A stretch of 32,905 bases of DNA. Source: an uncultured Nitrospirales bacterium. GTDB lineage: Bacteria > Hydrogenedentota > Hydrogenedentia > Hydrogenedentales > GCA-2746185. Below, piece by piece: positions 28,666 to 32,905 of this stretch. The DNA is taken from assembly GCA_964467615.1 (NCBI GenBank), contig CAYXRK010000032.1, positions 1-32,905 of the forward strand. Direction: 5' to 3'. The notes under the pieces are model-generated. The model worked only from the letters and a program-made list of their open reading frames with translations, was not told the origin of the DNA and searched no databases. A program made the position numbers and the translations under genes. Within the stretch, counting starts at the first letter, position 1. Each line of letters starts with the position of its first letter.

Positions 28666-28698
28666 GTTACGTCGCGGTCGCAATTGTAACCCGCGACG
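28666..28698. promoter_or_regulatory. Inverted repeat in the promoter region of the CMD-SDR operon, a candidate operator
   Basis: CGTCGCGG (28670-28677), a 13-nt loop containing palindromic CAATTG, then CCGCGACG (28691-28698). An alternative GTTAC/GTAAC pairing also exists. It lies 40-70 nt upstream of the CMD start codon. Confidence 0.35.
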
Positions 28699-29050
28699 AA
28701 AGTCAATCGCTTCTCATTCATTCGGCATTCCCTACCAACATTTCGATCTTGCTAACGTTCGGGAACGCGGATCGGCTAGAGGCGCGTAAGGGAGCGTGGA
28801 GCAGAGGCTGACCGATCTATTCCCCCCAAGGCATTTCCTACCGCTTCATCGCCACGTTGTTGCACTCGCAGCTTGAATCCACGGAAGACGGCCGAAATCG
28901 GCAGTAACTTCAAGAGCATTGATGTCGTTGCCAGTGAAATAGCTGGCAAATCGATCACCGCAAACAGCGCAAGCTTGTTTAGAAACGGATCGCCGGTATT
29001 TGTGCCTGGCCGCCCTATGATTTCGACCTCGATTTAGGGGACCGCCTTCT

Positions 29051-30667
29051 CTACTCCGCGAGCACCGGCAACACGATCGCGCTCGGTCGCAACGGCTCGT
29101 GATACACCCGGTTCAGCGCGACTCGCGCTTCCATCGCCGGCACGCCGGTGTTCGGGTTCACGTCGAACCGCGGATAATTGCTCGATGTCACGTGTACCGC
29201 GATGCGATGGCCCTTCTCGAACGTAATCGCCGTGCTCCACAAATCGATTGTCAACAACTCCGGCTCGTTCGGCCGCATCATCATCACGTCCTGCGGGTTT
29301 CGTCCATGCCGGAAACGCGCGCGCATCGGGTTGTCCAACACGAGCGCCTCGTAACCGTCGGGATACACGTCCACCAGCTTGACCATGAAGTCCGTGTCCG
29401 GACCGTCCGTCGATGCCCACAATTCCATCGTGACCTTGCCGGCGATCGCAACGTCCTCCTCAATCGGCGCGGTCTGAAATCGCAGATAGTCGTCGCGTTC
29501 CCCGACCGCCCGCTGGTCCATCGGCCCGAGTTTGATCGTCAAATTCGATCCGCCAATGGTCGGCACCGGGACGTGCGGATCGAACTTATATTCCGTAAAT
29601 GGCTTCGCCGCCGCCGATGCTTCCAGCGGGTCCTTTTGAAGCGCCTTCTTGTCCGTGAGATACAGCCTCGTCGCGGTGGTCTGCGGCGGCCACGACTCCG
29701 CTTGCCGCCAGTCGTTCTTCGGCGACAACGCCCCCTTCCGCGCCGACGCCATCATGTAGTACGACACCGCCGGTTCGTCCATGATTCCGTTCTTCTCGGC
29801 CTTGAGCCAATACGCGAACCACCGCATTTCGTTGTCGCCCCGGCCGCCGTTCACGTATTCGAGATCGCCCGAAAGCTGGCCGTGTCCGAACGGCCCCATC
29901 AGCAGTTTCTGATTGCCCCGCGCGCCGCGTTTGCCCTTCTCCTGAAGATATACGAAGTTATCGATGTTCCCTTCCAGGAAAATGTCATACCATCCGCCCA
30001 CGTTGTACATCGGAATATCGACCTCCTGGATGTGATGAACAAGGTCTGTCTCCATCCACCCGTCATCCACCACCGGCCTTGCGAGCAACCCCGCCACCTG
30101 CGAATCCGCGCCCTGTGCCTTCATCCACCCCGAGATCATTGACCACTTGAACGCCCCGTTCGTAAACCACATCTGATCGAGTGAAGACTGCGGCGCGACG
30201 ACCACATACGCCGCCGCGAGACCGGGTGGGTCCGAGGCCGCAGCCATGTTCGCCGTGATCCCCATCGCCGAGCCGCCCGTAATGCCAATCTTTCCGTTGC
30301 AAAACGATTGTCCCTTGATCCAAGCGATCGTGTCATAGCCGTCCTCGCGGTCTGTCGCGAACGGTTCATACGACCCCTCCGATGCAAACCGACCGCGGCA
30401 GTCCTGCGCGACGTACGCGTAGCCCGCATCCGTGTACTTTTTCGATCCCTTCGAGAAACCCTCTTTGTTATAGGGCGTGCGAACCACAATCGTTGGAAAC
30501 GGCCCCGCCCCCTCCGGCAGATTCACTGCCGTCGCCAGCTTCACGCCGTCGCGCATCGGCGCCATGTAGGACGACGTCTCCGCGCTTTGGACAACGTCGT
30601 CCGCCGCCCAAACAAACGGCGCGCACGCAACCACGAAAAGCAGCAATACGTTCAACGATTTCTTCAT
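29051..30667 (-). CDS. CocE/NonD-family hydrolase (S15 X-Pro dipeptidyl-peptidase-like alpha/beta hydrolase), secreted
   Basis: ATG at 30667 (MKKSLNVLLLFVVACAPFVWA signal peptide) with SD GGAGAGGAGAGGG 2 nt upstream, giving 538 aa. …GITGGSAMGITANMAA… is the nucleophile-elbow GxSxG context. There is a C-terminal beta-sandwich domain. The track start is a TTG 6 codons upstream. Confidence 0.8.
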   Translation of the reverse strand: MKKSLNVLLLFVVACAPFVWAADDVVQSAETSSYMAPMRDGVKLATAVNLPEGAGPFPTIVVRTPYNKEGFSKGSKKYTDAGYAYVAQDCRGRFASEGSYEPFATDREDGYDTIAWIKGQSFCNGKIGITGGSAMGITANMAAASDPPGLAAAYVVVAPQSSLDQMWFTNGAFKWSMISGWMKAQGADSQVAGLLARPVVDDGWMETDLVHHIQEVDIPMYNVGGWYDIFLEGNIDNFVYLQEKGKRGARGNQKLLMGPFGHGQLSGDLEYVNGGRGDNEMRWFAYWLKAEKNGIMDEPAVSYYMMASARKGALSPKNDWRQAESWPPQTTATRLYLTDKKALQKDPLEASAAAKPFTEYKFDPHVPVPTIGGSNLTIKLGPMDQRAVGERDDYLRFQTAPIEEDVAIAGKVTMELWASTDGPDTDFMVKLVDVYPDGYEALVLDNPMRARFRHGRNPQDVMMMRPNEPELLTIDLWSTAITFEKGHRIAVHVTSSNYPRFDVNPNTGVPAMEARVALNRVYHEPLRPSAIVLPVLAE

Positions 30668-30893
30668 CGCCCTCTCCTCTCCCAAATCAACCTCGACGCG
30701 AATTCGAAGAATACGTCACGCATCCCACTTTCGCAATCGCACCGGCAATTCGTGACCGAGTTGTAAATTCCTTTCATGGCACTTCCGACTACCGAGAGTA
30801 GTCAACTGACTCCGCTTCCCTCGCTGGCGATACCCCGCTTCGTCGTTTCGCGCCCCATTTTTAGTCGCTCCACTCTGGAACGAAATTAATCTC

Positions 30894-30922
30894 TTGACAA
30901 CCGTTTCAAATGTCGCTATATT
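30894..30922 (+). promoter_or_regulatory. Near-consensus sigma70 promoter, TTGACA-N17-TATATT
   Basis: TTGACA at 30894-30899, a 17-nt spacer, TATATT at 30917-30922. It sits in a locally AT-rich stretch 40 nt upstream of the ATG at 30962 and predicts a TSS near 30929-30931. Confidence 0.6.
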
Positions 30923-30961
30923 CTTGTCGTTCCACCATATATAGGGAGTCATCTGGGGAAG

Positions 30962-31567
30962 ATGGCTGTATCTAGTGTAGAGGACTGGGGGGATCGGTTC
31001 CTTGCCGCCCTATTCGCGTCTAAAGCGCGAATCGCGGTTCTGCGCGTATTTCTAGTCGATCCGCGCCGCGCCTACTACCAGCGCCAAATCGCCGCCGCAG
31101 CCGGTCTCGCGCTGCGCGGCGTCCAGGCCGAACTCGAACGGCTCACCCAAAGCGGCCTCCTCTACCGCCGTACCGAGGGCAAGCGCGCCTACTACCGCGT
31201 CGACCTGAACTTCTCCTACTTCCATGAGTTACGTAGTATGGTATTAAAGTCCGGCACTGACTACGACCGCCTGCGCGGCTACCTCGCCATGGTCGAGACG
31301 ATCCATCTCGCGTTTCTCCACGAGCCGACCAACCGCGTCCTCGCCGTCACGCGCGACGCCAACCGCACCACGCTCTCCACGCCCAAGACCTACATCCTCC
31401 ACGTCATGACCGGCGAGTCGTTCGCCGATGCACTGCACCATCGCGATTCCGAGCTCACGCCCTTCCTCGCCGAAGGCGTCGACTTGCTCGGCCGCCGCGA
31501 CGACATTATCTGGCATCGCATTCAACGCTGCGGCTACGACGTTCCGCGCGGAAAAGGAGTCCCTTGA
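30962..31567 (+). CDS. Winged-helix (MarR/ArsR/TrmB-like) domain protein with a C-terminal domain of unknown function
   Basis: 201 aa. The N-terminal …ARIAVLRVFLVDPRRAYYQRQIAAAAGLALRGVQAELERLTQSGLLYRRTEGKRAYYRV… is a typical wHTH recognition-helix/wing pattern. The C-terminal about 110 aa are unassigned. Its stop overlaps the next ATG (TGATG). Confidence 0.5.
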   Translation: MAVSSVEDWGDRFLAALFASKARIAVLRVFLVDPRRAYYQRQIAAAAGLALRGVQAELERLTQSGLLYRRTEGKRAYYRVDLNFSYFHELRSMVLKSGTDYDRLRGYLAMVETIHLAFLHEPTNRVLAVTRDANRTTLSTPKTYILHVMTGESFADALHHRDSELTPFLAEGVDLLGRRDDIIWHRIQRCGYDVPRGKGVP

Positions 31568-32905
31568 TGGAGTCACAGAAGTTGACGAAGCTATGCGAGT
31601 CGTGGTGGGGCCGTCTCGCCCACGCGAACCGCGCGGACCTCGAAACCTGCGCCACACAGTTCCTCGATCTCCTCGGCTGGCCCGCCGCCGCGAAGTCCGA
31701 ATCCACGAACGACGGCGTGCCCACGGGCCCCATCTGCTTCACGCTCAAAGCCGGCGGCGACGACACCATCGTCGCATGGTTCGCCATGCCCGGCGCGCTC
31801 GACCCGCCCACCTCGCTCGTCGAACACGGTCTCGACTTCTGCGAACTGCCCCGCGTCCTCGCCACGGCCTCGCGACGCCGCCGCGCGCCTTACGCGTTCG
31901 TCACCGACCTCTCGCGCTCCTACTTCTACGACGTTGAAACTGACGAATTGCTGCTCTACGCAGACACCCCGGACCTCTTCAACCGCGATCTTGCCCCCGT
32001 CCTCTCGCGCTCGAGCATCGAGCGCGGCGATCTCGAAGACCTCCGCCGTCCCCCGCGCAGCGCCCTCGCCCGCCAACTCCGCGACTGGTGTACCGCGTGG
32101 CGCGAGGTGCTCGTCCGCGAGCAAGGCGTCCGCGAAGAGACCGCCGAGGCCGCCCTCGACCGCCTCCTCCTGCTCCGCTTCCTCTTCGATCACGACATCC
32201 TCAAGCGCTCCGATTGGCGCCTCCGTCAACGGTTCGACGACCTCCTCACCCGCGCCTTCGAGACCTCCACCCCCAACTGCGGCGGCGCGCTCACCTCTCT
32301 CTTCCACGACCTCTGGTTCGATTGGAAAGCCGAACTCTTCGCGCCCATGCCCGAACTCGACCGCGCGCTCGAGGACGATGCCATCGCCCGCCCGATGCTC
32401 CGCGAGTTTGCGCTCATGTCCCGCGCGAAATTCACCATCGGCGCAATCCTCGAATCCTTCAACTACGGCGACGCCATGGAAAAAGCCCGCGTCCGCCTCG
32501 TCCCCGAACCCGACGAATCCCGCTCCCGCTTCCTCGGCAAACAATCCCTCGCCACCATCGACGCCGCCCGCGTCACCATCGACCTCGCCGAAGAAGGTTA
32601 CCGCGCGATCTTCCATTGGTTCGACGAACTCGTCAACGCGTACGAGCGTCTCGGCGTGCAGTTCGACGCCCAGACCTACGACCCCCAACGCACCCCCAGC
32701 GACCTCGATCTCTTCCAATGGGGCGAACTCGACGCCACCCGCCCCACCGCCCTCTGCGACAAATTCCAACACGCCGTCGAAAAAGGCCTAGTCATCTACT
32801 ACAGCACCCCCCGCCAATTTCGCACCGGCCGCCTCATGCTCTACCTCCCCCTCGTCGCCTCCTACCGCGACTCCCGCCACCGCTTCGACCAATTCCCCCA
32901 AATCG
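31567..32905 (+). CDS. MmeI-family (Type IIL restriction-modification)-like protein, N-terminal nuclease-like and helical domains. It is partial and continues beyond the window end.
   Basis: The ATG at 31567 is preceded by a perfect AAGGAG (31554-31559, 7-nt spacer) and is open for 446 codons to the window end with no stop, so the stop-requiring ORF track misses it. It aligns by eye with MmeI. …PYAFVTDLSRSYFYDV… matches MmeI …RYVLVCDFQRFRLTDL…. The helical-domain motif …ALDRLLLLRFLFDHDIL… at aa 198-214 matches MmeI LVRLLFCLFAEDTTIF at aa 190-205, at the same distance from the N-terminus. The methyltransferase motifs would lie beyond the window. Confidence 0.5.
   Translation, partial: MESQKLTKLCESWWGRLAHANRADLETCATQFLDLLGWPAAAKSESTNDGVPTGPICFTLKAGGDDTIVAWFAMPGALDPPTSLVEHGLDFCELPRVLATASRRRRAPYAFVTDLSRSYFYDVETDELLLYADTPDLFNRDLAPVLSRSSIERGDLEDLRRPPRSALARQLRDWCTAWREVLVREQGVREETAEAALDRLLLLRFLFDHDILKRSDWRLRQRFDDLLTRAFETSTPNCGGALTSLFHDLWFDWKAELFAPMPELDRALEDDAIARPMLREFALMSRAKFTIGAILESFNYGDAMEKARVRLVPEPDESRSRFLGKQSLATIDAARVTIDLAEEGYRAIFHWFDELVNAYERLGVQFDAQTYDPQRTPSDLDLFQWGELDATRPTALCDKFQHAVEKGLVIYYSTPRQFRTGRLMLYLPLVASYRDSRHRFDQFPQI

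Noticed and set aside
28776-28958. 60-aa minus-strand ORF in the 420-bp spacer
   Set aside because: It has no SD and no recognisable fold or motif. It is kept only as a remote small-protein possibility.
2333-30685. N-terminal extensions in track ORFs 2333..4765, 6535..9366, 9261..10763, 14062..15435, 15419..16663, 16725..17690, 20930..21550, 23539..24393 and 29051..30685
   Set aside because: The track uses the first ATG/GTG/TTG after a stop. The extensions are Arg-rich, overlap upstream genes or lack an SD. Internal starts have an SD, stop/start overlap or homology support.
31591-32772. Minus-strand 393-aa ORF (G/E/A-rich) and plus-strand ORF 31934..32791 (S/P/T-rich)
   Set aside because: They are antisense or out-of-frame shadows of the MmeI-like ORF, which has a strong SD and homology. 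Both have low-complexity composition.
1-32905. CRISPR arrays, tRNA or rRNA genes, and IS or transposase genes
   Set aside because: None of these was found. No spaced direct repeats exist beyond the coding GE and EA repeats. No tRNA-like T-loop or acceptor signatures occur in any intergenic region. No integrase or transposase-like ORFs are present.

Overview
This is a 32.9-kb window from a high-GC (roughly 65%) diderm bacterium. Positions 1-13809 hold a complete, tightly packed complex I (NADH:quinone oxidoreductase) operon on the minus strand. It runs nuoA-B-CD-E-F-G-H-I-J-K-L-M-N with nuoC and nuoD fused as in E. coli, and nuoN is truncated by the window start. Downstream is a mixed accessory-looking region. 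It holds a DegT-family aminotransferase (start re-assigned to a GTG with a perfect SD), a beta-lactamase-fold serine hydrolase, and a DUF4382-like lipoprotein carrying a (Gly-Glu)11 tract encoded by an 18-bp tandem repeat. Then come an enoyl-CoA hydratase, a vapBC toxin-antitoxin pair placed directly behind a secreted NHL-like propeller gene, and an NfeD/flotillin (YqiJ/YqiK-like) pair. These are followed by a TAT-exported intradiol-dioxygenase-like protein, a TauD/TfdA dioxygenase, a neutral ceramidase, an SDR-CMD (AhpD-like) pair, and a CocE/NonD S15 hydrolase. The most interesting locus is at the 3' end (30.9-32.9 kb). A near-consensus sigma70 promoter (TTGACA-N17-TATATT) drives a small winged-helix protein that is translationally coupled by a TGATG overlap to a large ORF. 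That ORF runs off the window and is absent from the ORF track because it has no stop. It aligns by eye to the N-terminal nuclease and helical-spacer domains of MmeI-family (Type IIL) restriction-modification enzymes, but the PD-(D/E)xK catalytic lysine appears to be replaced. The ORF track allows TTG/GTG starts and reports maximal ORFs, so many of its N-terminal extensions are artefacts. I moved starts where an internal ATG or GTG has SD, overlap or homology support. No rRNA, tRNA, CRISPR or recognisable transposase was found.
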